NCBI GenBank assembly: GCA_973895155.1
Contig: OZ316891.1
Location: 5,675,708 to 5,739,707, forward strand
From: Marsupella aquatica
Lineage: Eukaryota; Plantae; Marchantiophyta
DNA: 64,000 nucleotides
Reading direction: 5' to 3'
The notes under the pieces were generated by a model. That model was not told the DNA's origin and did no database searches. It saw only the letters and a list, made by a program, of their open reading frames with translations. Shown here one piece after another: positions 10,047 through 23,108 of this stretch (positions are counted from its first letter, which is position 1; each line of letters starts with the position of its first letter). Position numbers and translations under genes: made by a program.

Positions 10047-13013
10047 GGTTCGGTTTAAGTGAAACGGATGTCATCTTTACTTATGGTTTTATTCTAGAGG
10101 TTGTCGTAGCTCACATCATGTTTCCCAGCCGTGATCTTTACGTTACGTGTTTCGGGACCCAGCTCTTCGTTTCTACTTTTAGGGCGTCATCTTTACTGGG
10201 ACGCCTTTCTGGAACCTCACTGCAGCTTTCCCTTTCTACTTTTATAGGGGCCTCACGTCGTTCTTTCCACCATCTTTACACAGGACTCCTTTCGTGAATC
10301 GTGAATGCAGGCGCCGTTCCCTCAAGGACACTCTTTTCAATGTTTGTCTTTCCCGTTACTCCATGTTCAGGGAAACTTCTTTTTCCCTCTTTTTCAGTTT
10401 TTATTTTTTCTTGGGGAAGAAGGGAGGAAAGGGAAACCCCTTTTGTTCACTTGGCTGGGGTTAGGTGGAGGTTTCCCTTGACCAGAATGTTGCGGGTTTG
10501 ATAGTGGGTCAAAATCTATGCTTCCTCAAAAACACTAGCGTCAATGCATGCTCCAGAGCAGGACATCTATCCTCTATTTTCTGGGTCTGCTTTTGGTTTT
10601 CAAGGCAAAAAAAAACAGTACCGTCAAAAGCTTGGGCTGTGAGTGCACTGGGTCCGCACCAAAAGTCAGGCTGTGCAAATGGATTGATGTCCTTGCGCCC
10701 TTCAAAAAATGACAGTCCTGGGCAGGTTTGAAAACCTTAAACCCTCAGGGTTAAGTTTTCCTGAAAGTTGGGGTTTGGTCAGGGTCAGAAAGGAAATTTC
10801 CGGCAGCTTGTTTGAGATGCCCCTCTACATCACAATGCCCAAAAGAACAAAGCGGGATACAGGATCCGAAAGCCAGGAGACTCAATAAAGGGGAGGAAAC
10901 AGCGGGAAAACCAAAGTGCCAAAAAGCCCAAGAGTGCTGCATTAGGGCAAAAGTACTAAGGCCATAGTGAGCACTAACTTGAGACAAGGGTCATGAAGAG
11001 CAATGTGTCTCGAGGTCCAAAGCCAAAAGCCTCAGCCCTCCAAACATACCAAAGAAAAAGCTCTGATATAACTTGACTTTGCAATGTCCCAAACATGCCA
11101 AAAGGACAAACTATTCTGTATATGGATGACAAGTTCACCAATGTAACTAGGGGAGCTACATATGAAAACTATGCCATATTTGTAAATACACTAAAAATAG
11201 AGGAAGTGTTATAAAATCAATCATCTTTAGGGCAATGCACTTAAAGACTGATTGTTACAAAGGTGTTTTGGCCTATAGGGCATATTTCTTTTCATCAACC
11301 TTGTTACATCTTGATACTAAAAATTGGGGGTTTTCTCACACAGTTGCACAGCCAGGTCTGTGGGCTAGGTGTCCCTTTCCTTTTCCAAGAAAAACCCCAC
11401 AACAGGTCTCATATATTAACACATTTCACATGTAAATGATGCATATTTACAAATTGGGTGTAATAAATTGTAAATATATTTCCAGTAATGTAAACATATT
11501 TCCCAGAACATATAGAATTTCAATTTTGTGACCACACTAGGAAAAGGTTGATTAGGAGGGGCCCCAGCCCCCTTCAAGAATTGAACCAATTCCCTTGCTA
11601 CCACATTGATGTAAGGAGGAGCCCGCACGGAGGCATCCTCTTTGGATTGTTCCATGTAAACTCTATACTCCTCCTATAACTTGGTGTTTTGTAACTCTAA
11701 ACCATCTACTCTAACAATGTTTTACTCTTTTTCTTTTTCTTTTTCTTCTTCTAAATTCTTCATTCTTCTCAGCATCTCTGCCCATTTACTCCCATTTTGT
11801 GACCCCAATCTGTGCAGGAAATACAACTCTTAGATGTTAATAAATCACGGCGGTCGGATTTCATCTGCTCTAACCTGTTCCCGATCTTTCCCTTAAAACA
11901 CAACTCCTAGTATATAAGGAGCTGCAGGACAGTACGGCCATAAAGGAGTATCAAAAGTTTCTGAAAGAAAGTATCAGGCAGGAGAAAGAGCAGAAAAGGT
12001 CAAAACTCTTTTATTTTTGTTCTGTACTCATTTTGGAACAGAAAACACCAGGCCGTAAATATCCTCGAGATCTTTCATTTGTCACAGATCGCCTTGAAAA
12101 TACTTCTTTTCATGTGGACAGAAAATATTTTATTAGCAAAAAACAATGAACTGTATAGATTTCAGTAGAGACCAAATCGACGGCCAGGAAGGCTTGGATT
12201 TGTTTTATTTTTCATTTGCAAACTATTCAACCATTTTCAAAAAGGAAGAAACCCATCGGTAGATCTCATTGAGATTTTTCATTTGAGCCATATATCGCCC
12301 ACTAAAGTGGACGGATGAGATTCACGGATATGGTAAGGGCAGACGGCTCAGATCTCCTCCTGACTCCCCCCAAAATTCAAATTTTGAATTGGACCAATCA
12401 TTTTTCACCGTTTGTTTTTCCATGTTTTTCATGAAATATTGAATCTTTTTGTCTCAATTTGAGACATAGATCTCATTGAGATCTTCGTTTTGAGCCATAG
12501 ATCGGATTGGATGGTATAGGATAGACACAAATATAAGGAAAAATCCAATGGCTTAGGAGAGGTGCAGCTGCGCTTCTAGAGGATCCGGCCACACATGAGG
12601 GAAATTATGAGGACTCCGGGTATCCCGGAGTCTCTTGTAGTAGTACTTGCGGTTTAAGATGGAGCCTGGTCACATTGAAGGCAAGTTAACCAGAAAGCAG
12701 GACATAAACAAACTCAACAAACTTTCCGCCGGCTAGCACGTGACCAAAGAACTGGCGAGCAATGACGGAAATGCAACACTTACCTGCACAAGTGCAATGA
12801 GATGGTCAAAGGCGAGCCAAGGCGACGCAGAGTCGTAGAGGTCAGATTTCAGTCAGCAAAGTAACGCGAGTCCCGAAAGCGACGCAAAGGTCGGTCAGAC
12901 ACAGAAGCGTTGTTCGAGTGAGAAGAAGACTCAGCTCAAGGAAAAGTTTCTGTTCTATACTGCTCGTCCCCATTGCTTGTCTACATTTTGTGCTTCTCGT
13001 CCAGGACAGTTGC

Positions 13014-13200
13014 GTGTTAGGGCAACGTTCATGACAAGAACACTCGAGCATTTTTTGAACAAGAAGAAGACTCAGGTGTTCCAGCCCTACCGGGAATTGT
13101 GACCGACACAGTTATGTGTTAGGGCAACATTCATGGCATGAACGCTCGAGAATGTTTTTCAACAGAGAAAAGGTTGTTCCAGCCCTACCAGGAATTGTGA
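13014..13200. repeat. ~100-bp tandem duplication
   Basis: gtgttagggcaac-ttcatg...gttccagccctacc-ggaattgtga occurs twice. Confidence 0.75.
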
Positions 13201-13314
13201 GGCAATCTTGACCTGGCATTCTTCTGTTACTAGCTGTCTAAATCCGTATTGGTGGATCCACATTGACCAAGATACACTCCCATTTTCCCCATTTTCCATT
13301 CACCCTTACAGTAA

Positions 13315-13574
13315 GAGCTAGGTTCCATGCGGCTGGGAGTAAGGAGTACAAATACTGTATCAAGGAGTATGATTTTCCCTCACACTCCCTATTAAACTTC
13401 AGGGGTACCCCCTGCCCCTGTATAAAAATAGTATAGTGCATTCTCCTTGGCTCCTAAGTCAAAATTCTTATATGTGAAATACTATGTACACCTTGGCATA
13501 TGGTGTATTTGGGCCCCAGGGGATGTCAGAGGGAGTGACCGTACTCCCTACCCCTGGCCCATGGAACCTGGCCC
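13315..13574. mobile_element. Tourist-like (PIF/Harbinger) MITE, ~260 bp
   Basis: ~35-bp imperfect TIRs gagctaggttccatgcggctgggagtaaggagtac and gtactccctacccctggcccatggaacctggccc, flanked by TAA on both sides. Confidence 0.7.
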
Positions 13575-14260
13575 TAATCCCCATTTTCCACTCACCCTCA
13601 ACTTCAGATATGCCCCCTGACTCACTAGGTTCACCCTAGACCCTCGGTCTAGAAGAGTAGCTTTTGATAGCAATATATAATTAGATAGATGGTCGATGGA
13701 TTAGGCTTTCACCTTCTTCCCTACACAAAACGAGATGGTACAGGCAATTTTCCTAGGGCACAGGACACAATTCAGTTAAGAAACTCTAGGGTAATTAATT
13801 CTTCCAAATTGCAATGAATGTACCAAGATGATGTTTCTATTCCAAATTCTTCAATGGTTACATATAATAGACGACGCTGGCTCAGGTGGGGCTCAAGGGA
13901 TGCAATTTTTTTTTTTTAATTGAGAAGGCCATCCAAATTTCTTATATGGCTGAAACGTTGCTCATGATATCCCATGAAGTAGCAAACTTTCCAACGTTGT
14001 GCTAGAGTGAAATCTTTTTGCTGTCCGTGACAACATCCACATAGTAACAGAGTCCAAATGACAACTAGTAAATTAAAAACGTTTTTGGCTGTAATTAACA
14101 ATGCATTTTTGTGCTAATGGACAACTGAATCCTACTCACACATCTCCTAATGTACAAATGTCTTCTACATAATGAACCCCAAAATCTAAAACGAGCAGAG
14201 TGACGAAAAGTGATCTAGCAAAATTGTAAATGGTCTGTCCACAGGAGGCCTCGCTGGGTA

Positions 14261-17200
14261 TCAAACAGCAACCAGCATTCCTTTCTTTACCATGGTGTCC
14301 AAAACATCGTTTAAAGCTTGGCATATGTTCACAATCTGCAAAAAGTAAATCCGGTTAAAGAGCAAACTTGGATTACAGATTGTCCTCCCGAATGAAAACT
14401 TTGACACATGCCTTTCACGATAACGTTGGTAGCCCTCTTGCGTGACCAGAGGAAAGTATTAAACAAACCATCGGAACTGATTGTACCTGGTGATCCCATT
14501 GCTGAAGTTCTTCAATATCATTCTCGAAGTGGATGACTCCCTCCACCTTCACACAAAAATAACAAATTACTCCTTAATCCCAATAGGACATCACTTGGTC
14601 ACGACTGAAAGGTGCCTTCTTCGAGAAGCTAACAATCAAGTACACAATGAACTTCAAGTACGGTTAGAACCAACTTCTTATTTATGTATAAGCAACTCTA
14701 GGAATACTCAAATGAAGTGGCTTATACATAAATTTGACGGTGAAAATTAGAAACGTGAACTTCCGTAAGTTGATCAAATGTTTCCTCGCGGAAGAAGTGC
14801 CACATTGAAAGCAATTGAGATTTTCTGTGAGACCTTGTTGACAGAGACCAATGTCGCATATCCTAACTCCAAAAGTTCACATCTGGAGCTAAATGAAGCC
14901 CGTCCCTCTAATCTAAGAAATCGTACCTGATCTATAGATCCTCGCATACGGTCTTCTGAGATCATACGAGCTGCAATCTTTTCGGCCTGCCAAAAATCAT
15001 AAATTCATTTTCGTGAGCAGACAGCCATCTGTTCTACAATAAGTCGAGCGAAACAGAGAATGCAAGCTGGAGCAGTTACAATATGAAGAGAGCGAATAGT
15101 CTCATTACTTTCTACAACTTCAAACATTCTTAAACAGAGCCCCGATAAGAATGACTACATGGAAAAGTATTTCCTTGCTTCTTCCACAAGACTGGACTTT
15201 CTAGAACTCGAGAATTCAGGTGACTAAATGTAAAATGAGTCTGAGACCCGGTACTAACCTTTTGAGGTCCAATACCCAGCAGTGCACCTAGTTCTTCAAA
15301 GCTGGACACACAAAAACAAAACAAAAAGACTTATGTCAACCACGCTCAGTTGCTAATCAGCCCAACGGTGATTCTCAGATAACAAGCTTTCACAACACTG
15401 CATATAAACAAATACTTTTTGGCCGTTTACGAAATGGCCCTTGAGAATAATCTGGAGAATTCTTGTGTAACCAAGTACTAGGTGAAACGTTCATTTATTT
15501 ATTTTGAAACGTTCGTTTTTAGTCATGCTCAGAAACGGTCTCCTTAAATCCTGGCATGGAAGAGGAGTAGTTCACCTTATATTTGTGTAGAGCTTGCTTG
15601 CACTGAGAAGGTTGTGCTCAATCATGGCACGATCTAATACTGTGGATTTGTCCGGCAAGAGAGCTTTCTGGAAATAGTAGAGTCTCCATTTCAGTCCGTA
15701 GTTTGTTGGCGTCATTGCAGGCAATATAATGAAGGATATCGACGTTACCTCTTCTCTTCAGAAACAAGACCCAAAAGCTATTGCTCACTACCTGTAATAG
15801 ACAGCAATGAATGACAACCTACACTAGGCCAACATGCTGTCACAGCTAAAAAGACGGGTGCACTTATTTCAGCAAGAATTACCTGATGTGGCTTTAGTTC
15901 TTCAGAAAAGGTATCGACTTCTGGCTTTCTTAAAATCCTTTCAAGATATACCTGTTTTGAACCAAGTGTTTGAAGATGAAATGAGTAATCTAATACAGCA
16001 ATCGTGTAACCAGGACCTTTCATCAGCAGTGACAGACATGCCTACACATCAGACTCGTGTAAGACGTAAGTCGGAGCATGGGCAGAAGGCACTAATCAAA
16101 TAAACTTTACCTTTTGTAAAATTGGATATATGCTCAGTTTGGAGCATCTCTCGTCCTGAAATAAAAGAAAGTGAAAAAACGATTACAAAGCAAACCTTGA
16201 AGCAAACGATAGTTTACAAATTATCGCGTGTCTGACAAATAATTTGTCAAACACAGAACTAAAAATACTAACACCCCGTTGCTAGCACGCACCGACTTGA
16301 AAAGCAGTACCGGCATCGAATATTTATAAGGTGACGTCAGTCTCCATTCTATGAAGAGTGGGTCTGTTATTTTGAGCTTATGCGATACAACTAGCTAAAC
16401 TCACATTGAGAATAATTTTTGCAGAATCGGACATAACTACAGTAAAGACCTCTTATAAGCTAAGGGTCTTATTAAAATTAAACTGGCAATCATTCCAAGA
16501 GCCAGCTGCCGTCTCTCTCCACGATCCACGGCCAACGTGACAATCAGGGGAATGACATTTCCAAAAGCGTGGGGTTTTATGTCTCCAGAAGATCCCGGAG
16601 TTGAGAAGAAACGAATTCTGTAATTTTCTTGAAGGAAATGGGGCAGTTTTACGTATACTGACAAGGTGTCTAATCTACATCCTCCGACAGGGACACTCGA
16701 GGAACCAATGAGATATTAAGGGCAAGAACCGATTGAGAGCTTGAAAATAGAACGATAAGAAAACTAATTTCTTGTGCTGCGTACATCAGAGAGCAATCCC
16801 ACTAGGTTGAATTCATGTTAGGAATTCGATCAAACTTGCGCAGCTGAAGAATCTAAAATGTAGATCAAGTGGGCTACGATAGCTAGCTGTGTAAGGGCTA
16901 AGTGAGGCTAGATCATTTAGCCCACTAATCAACGACAGAAGTCTCATATGGTCGAGAATTCGTTAAAAAAATAGGCATCGGCATAAAAAGTAACCTTGTA
17001 CAAGGTTGCCAAAACCCTGGATCGCTGAGGTCCAGCGGCGGCAAGTATAGTGCAGGTAACTGCTGCTGTGAGCGCCTGCTGCAGCTCCTCTTCAGCTACA
17101 TGCCTGCAAGACTCACCATAATCAAAAGTTACAGCCTCGGAAATTAGAAATGAGACTGCAATATCTACCTTGGTCAAAGGCTAATCCATCTTCCAATTAA

Positions 17201-19143
17201 AAACTTGGATGCCAAGAGGAAGCGAGCCTAGGCAAAACTATATAATCTAATTGATGATAAATAAATCATGCGTGACAAATCCCCGACCTTTACTTGTAAC
17301 TGCTCACAGATAAGCAATGTCATGACCGGTCCCCTGTACTGAGAAAAACTGCCCAGCAAGGAGCTGATTAGCAACAAACCTGCCATGAATTTCGCGCTTT
17401 TCAAGTTGTGATAGCTCATAATAACGAAGGGCAGCTTCTAGAAACTTCCGCTTGAGGTCCAATATTCTAGCATAGCACACCTGGAGAAACAGAAACAAGA
17501 CGTTCCCTATAGGTAAGACAGATAATCAGCCTTCTACTTAATGAAGGAAGCCAAAATAACTTCAGAATTCTGCCATGTACATCACGGCGAGGTCTCCTTT
17601 TAAGTTTGTTGGTTTTGAAATTCGTGGGGTTCCGGTGTATAGCTCACCTTGTACTGTAGATTCAAGGCTTCGTCTTTACAACTATTGACAAGAAACGAAG
17701 CCTTCTTAATGTAGGTTTCCGCATTGATAGCATCATCATCCTGCTAATATCAAAATTGGTACCAAACATAGGACAAAGCCTTGTCTTTAGTAGGAGCCTT
17801 CATGTGCACTTTCAGTTGCTATTTCTTACAGAAAAGTCATCAAAGCAAGGAACAGACCTCCAGATCCGCTCTGAAGCACCTTGAAGACTCAACTTCCACA
17901 AAATATTCGTCAATTTGAGAAATTAGGTCGCACAAATTCTATTCAAATAACACTGATTATATGAAGGAATTCGACAGCTAGTCAAACTGGAATCAGTAAA
18001 GTGGTCGGAAAAGCGACTGTGCGTCGAATTACCTCCAAATATAGCAGCGCAATTTTTACACATTTCTCCAGCTTGTAAGCATCATCAAGTATCCTGAAGC
18101 CCCACTCCAAACATTTTAGAAGGAGCACATCAGACAGCTGCAGTTTCTTTCCAGAATCAAAATCCCATTAAGGACAGGAGAGCCGAAGAAACCTAAGCTT
18201 CTAAAACAAACTGCAGATGATGAGCTTACGTACCTGATGCCAGAGTCCAAATCAATGCCACTGAGCATTTGAGCAGCCTTCGACCATTGTTCCTCATTAA
18301 CGTACAACTCAGCTAATCCTTCTCGAATTATGGACACCTGAAAAATTAATTGCATAAGTATATAACAAAAGCACTCCGATGTGGTGGCAAATTCCATCTG
18401 AAGAGTGTTCATACAACAGATTAGAAACGTATTCAGTTCAAATCCAGGAAAGAATCAGCCTGTCCCTACGCTGTAACCAGAACGCTTTACCTAGCTCTGG
18501 TGAATAATTCGGATTTTTTGAAAAACCCTAATCCACTGGAATTTCACAATTCTCAGAGTCCAAAATGGAGAAGAAAATACGCGTTACTCTGTTCTGCGGC
18601 CCTCAAATACTACGCATCCCCGCAGCCAAACGAGCGGTCTCACCTGCTCCTCGAATGAAACCACACGAGGCTGTATTTGAGCCAATGCATACTGAGCTAT
18701 CTCCTTGTGCGCCTCCGCCTCGAGCTTGTTCAAATCTTGGGCGAAAATCTGAAGTAAAAGACGGGATGCTACCAAAGGAACCTCATCCGTGACCACTGCA
18801 AAATGCACAACGCCTTCGTATCAACACCAACAACAAGAGTACCGCCAGAAAGAATCCACATTAAGGATCAGTTTTCGTCACTCCGGCCAAACAGCAATGG
18901 AAGCCGCACATGCTGCATATCCCATTGCAAAAGAGCTACGGGAAGAGCAACAAGCAGCCAAAGTCAGTACGCGGAAATTAGGTTGGATAAGATTCAAGTA
19001 CTGTGGTCAATGAAAGCTTTGGAGTGCGCCACATTGTTGGTGCAAATTATAGACGAGAGCAGCAGCTTGTACTGATCGATCTTCGCTTTCTGGTCGCTTA
19101 TGCTGGCGGCACTCTGCAAAGCTCCTTCGATGTCACCTGCCAT
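14261..19143 (-). CDS. CSN4: COP9 signalosome subunit 4 (PCI domain), 14 exons, ~401 aa
   Basis: GT-AG exons 19002-19143, 18644-18795, 18234-18337, 18033-18093, 17648-17740, 17380-17480, 16995-17103, 16111-16155, 15883-15951, 15576-15667, 15259-15301, 14927-14986, 14487-14546 and 14261-14335 join in frame (1206 nt). Motifs include [35 protein letters not shown] and [22 protein letters not shown]. Confidence 0.96.
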
Positions 19144-19379
19144 CGCTGATACCAGCACGCAGGTACTCCCTTCCTGCTTTTCTCAATTGAGATCAGTCCT
19201 TTTCCGTGCTCACCGAAATCAATTCTCTCTCTTTCTCTCTCTTTCTCTCAGCGAGAGAGCTCTTCTTCTTGCCTACTGTTTGCTTTCGTGACCGTCAATT
19301 CCCTCGCGTTCAATTTTCAGAGCGTAGGTTCTGATCGAAGACTCGAATGGACACAGAAACTTTACAGTGTCACCATACA

Positions 19380-19770
19380 CTTAAATGTCATGTCATTTAT
19401 AGTGTCATGACATGTAAGTGTAAGAGTGAATATAAACGATAACCATGGTAACCGAAGGGAACCCAACTCCTTCATTTGAATGACCATACTCTCAACAACT
19501 TATAGTGTGGTGACATGGAAGTGTACAAGGTTATATACATGATAACCATGGTAACCCATTCTCCTTCGGATCAATGAGAGCGGGAATGAGAGTCACCGTA
19601 CTCTTGACAACTTATAGTGGCATGACATGGAAATGTAAGAGGTTATACACAATAGCCATGGTAATCAAGGGAATCCAACTCCTTCAGTTGAGTGAGTGTA
19701 CCACACTCTGGATAACTTAAAGTGTGGTGACATGGAAGTGTACAAGGTAAAATACATGTAACAATGGTGT
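19380..19770. repeat. Four degenerate ~105-110-bp tandem units upstream of CSN4
   Basis: ttatagtg..tgacatg.aagtgta...accatggtaa recurs at about 19396, 19499, 19611 and 19716. Confidence 0.75.
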
Positions 19771-20984
19771 CAAATTGGGCCATAGTGACATAAACAAGGA
19801 TTGAAATCTAATACTGGACATGAGAATAAAGAAAGGGTGAATGTAGGCCCTCAATCTTGTGGTTTTGGTCGAGTGGCGCTTGGTTGTTGTGTGCCTTAGT
19901 CCTTATCCCCGCTGGTCTTCGCCATGGTGGTCGTTTGGAATTCAATGGCACGATGTCACTTTTACCAAACAAAACAAAGTTAAAATTAAACTGAAGAAAC
20001 TATGACCCTCACTTAATCATGTAAAAGCCACGCAATGAAAGTATATGAGTGGTTATGACATTCTTTGAGAGGGACTTTGATTTCAGAATTTCAAACCCCC
20101 AAAAGGTATCCTCTGTTTTGAACTACTATTTTTTGGGAGGGGAGGGGGTCACAAAAAGCCTAAGTGGATTTTCAACAAAAGAAAGCCCTAAACTCAAATT
20201 GAACCGAGTTGCAGGCCTATACAAGTGTTGGCAAGCAAACAAAATCACCCACAGTGTCACAGAAAATAACTGAGCATCCTGATCAGCCACCTTACAGGGC
20301 AGATGGAATCCAATCCCACCTTTGAGAGTAAATCAGTAGAGAACACATACTTCTATTAATAGCTATCCGTCCATGTTCTTCATTTCACAATTTTTGTGAC
20401 CACATCGATCAAGTGGTACATCAAAGATGTAATTGTGCTTGGTAAGGGTTGCATTTTGAGACGGATCACTATACTCTCTCGATTGTACTCGGTGAGATTG
20501 CAGTTAGGAAGGGATGACTCCACCAAACTTAGCTACAGGTGTCAATTTTACCAAACTTACACACAACCAGTACATTTCCTTGCCCTTGGTGAATGGTGAG
20601 ATTGCCCACACCTACTTTTAGGTCTCACCTTGGGATGCCTTCACCAAACTATGTAGAGGTTCTTTGGCTTGTTGGACCTCTTTGGTCTTCTCGGGGCCTT
20701 TTCCCGGCCTATTGGACCTCTTTGGTCTTCTCAGGGCTTCCCCCCCTTCAGTTTCCCTCCCTTTATTGTGTTCCTTCGCCTTTGAGACCCTGCCTACCGG
20801 TTTGGAGTTTTTGTCCCTTTACACTATATTATATATTGTGTCTATAAATTGGGTACCCAACAAACGTTACTAGTGTGCAATGACTTTTGGAGACCCCTGG
20901 TATATCCATTATCTCCTGCCTGTGAAGTAGTACTTGTTAACATGTGTCTGGACTGTATTCATGTACCATAAGCACTGTGTGTAT

Positions 20985-21528
20985 TGGGATTTTAATAAAT
21001 TAAGATTCACTAGATTATTACTCTTTTTTTGGCATAATACATACCTTGCTATGAAATTTCTTCTATTTATCACAATGCTATTGTTTTTGTTTAATATGGG
21101 TTAAGAAAATTAGCTCAAGTTAGCTCTTTCATGTCCAATGGTTATCATTGTACCCAGTTTCTTGATCAGACTGACAAAGTCCCTCTCAAGGTGACTTTGA
21201 CCATCCTTGGGTTAGTTGACCAAGGGGTGGGTTGGGTGGTCCCGTACTCCCATCCTACACCCAGCCTCTGTCCTTGGCCAACCTTTCCTTGCGCACAACT
21301 ATGTCTCTGTGCTACTTATGGTGGTCAAAGTCACTTTGAGGGAGGCCAGAGCCTTTCTATCACAAAACTACATCACAAATGTAAGTGAGCTAACCCCAGG
21401 TTAATTTTCTTACCACACAAATGAAAATAATGGCATTATGGTAAATAGAATAAAAATTAGTGGCAAGGTATATGTTATGCCAAAAAGAATGGCACTCTAA
21501 TAAATCCCAGTTCTACTAAAAGCTTCCT
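20985..21528. mobile_element. Foldback/MITE-like element, ~540 bp, with long imperfect inverted arms
   Basis: 21027-21051 ttttggcataatacataccttgcta pairs with 21461-21485, and 21185-21203 ctcaaggtgactttgacca pairs with 21322-21340. Confidence 0.7.
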
Positions 21529-22074
21529 TGACTTTCTGGTCATACTATTACATCCTAACTACAGCAGGATTCTATTAAAAGCTTTTTTTTCACTTTCTGG
21601 TCGTATTATTACACCCTACTAACCACCCTCGGCCCAATCATATCCTATTCCTATTCCTATACAATATAGTGGTCCATCCCTTTGCATCCTGTGCCAATGA
21701 GCAATGTTTGTTCGGGCGTCATAATTATGCTTTTCCCCGTGCTTCGCCAATGGTAAGGTTTTCCCCGTGTTTCGACAGCTCTTACTGGTCTACGTGGTTC
21801 GGACATTCATGGTCGTGGCTGTTTTGCGAGCTCTGATGCGAGATCTTCGACAACAGATTCTGGAATTTCCGAGTACTCATCATCAAATGGTCGAGAGCGA
21901 TACTGAGAAGTCCATGCGGTGCGCGCAACTGGAGCCCTCAGAGACAGCCACGTTCATGGTTGTCTGGGGCGAACAATCTACGGAACAATGGACGCCACAC
22001 AAAAGCTGCTGCTGTCTCTCGTCCCAGAAGAAAATCCACTTTGTTCTAGACTCTGCGCCTCTGCAATTCGGCGC

Positions 22075-22573
22075 GACATGCTCCACTCAGGAAGCGATCT
22101 CCGAGATCTTTCTGAGCGAGCTGACGGGATGTGCTGAATGTGGGCGATTCTTTCCGCGGTTAGTCCAGTGCACTCGCGTGGCGCCCATTTCGCCACTGGT
22201 GGCTGCGCTTTCTCTGGGGCGAGCTTCCTGATCTGGAAGAAGAGTGTCTGTCTGGCAGAGAGTTGTGAGCTGAAGGAATAAGGGAAGGGACTGTAGGATG
22301 GCAGCAACGAGGGTCGTTCAGTGATTGTTGGAGCTCGATGATGTGGCGATTCCGTTTGGGAGAGTAGTGGGAGATTTGAGAGTGAGGGTGATGTGTTGTT
22401 GACCTCGGCTGTGGCTAGTTTTCCATGCCTGTTGGCCAGGCTTTGAGGAGATTGATTGATGTGAGCGGGGCCTGAGGCGAAGCGAACTGATAGGTATGAA
22501 GTGTACATTCTTACGATTTTCTTTGCATTAACGAATTCAGAATATGGACTATGGTGTGTAGAGTCGTAGTGTA
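22075..22573 (+). repeat. Upstream leader segment of the PES-like gene, duplicated at 30147-30683
   Basis: Collinear shared blocks: cgatctccga-atcttt, tagtccagtgca, ctggaagaag-gtgtctg, tttgaggagattgat, gataggtatg, cgaattcaga and gtagagtcgtagtgt. Confidence 0.85.
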
Positions 22574-23108
22574 ACCCAATTGTGTGAGTAGGGATGTCCT
22601 GGTAAATTGGGTAAATACTTTTGTGTTGGCTCATTAAATTTTGTTGGATCCAAATTACTGAATTCGACTTACTACCTATAGAGGCCGGTAAGCTTCTTTT
22701 TTGTTAGGCCATGGACCTCAACTGTAATTCGGTCTGGACCGGAGATTTGAGAGGCGAAATGAATAACCTGAATCTCGTTTCCTGCCGAAATTCTGACGCT
22801 GTTGTGTATTTGGACTACGAGTGCGAAAAGTCAACGAAGCATGTACAGGGATTGTATGGCGGTCGATTGTCGTTATGAGTAGCAGAATGATGCTAGAATC
22901 TAATTCTTACCGGTAATGTCATGTTTTTTGGCGTCCACAGGAATTTTTGTCATCACTGCATTTTTGGAAGATGTTCAGTCCTTTGTGTCAGGGAAGAGGT
23001 CCAATGGATTCGGAACGAGCTTAACAACCTGAAGCTTCCCTGTCGAGGTCTTGGCGTTTTGTCTAACTTCACTTCGGTTTGACCGTGATATAGCTTGCTA
23101 CTCAAAGG

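Noticed and set aside
10840-10985. Weak similarity to 20700-20830 (inverted) and 46110-46280
   Set aside because: Probably an old repeat family, but too diverged to delimit without alignment.
12060-12510. Recurring agatctcattgagat...gagccata.atcg motif
   Set aside because: Likely TE-internal repeats, with no boundaries or coding signal found.
21767-22634. ORFs of 154 aa (+) and 218 aa (-), and similar ORFs at 29935-30521
   Set aside because: No recognisable domain. Their resemblance follows from the DNA duplication, and the frames are not preserved between copies.
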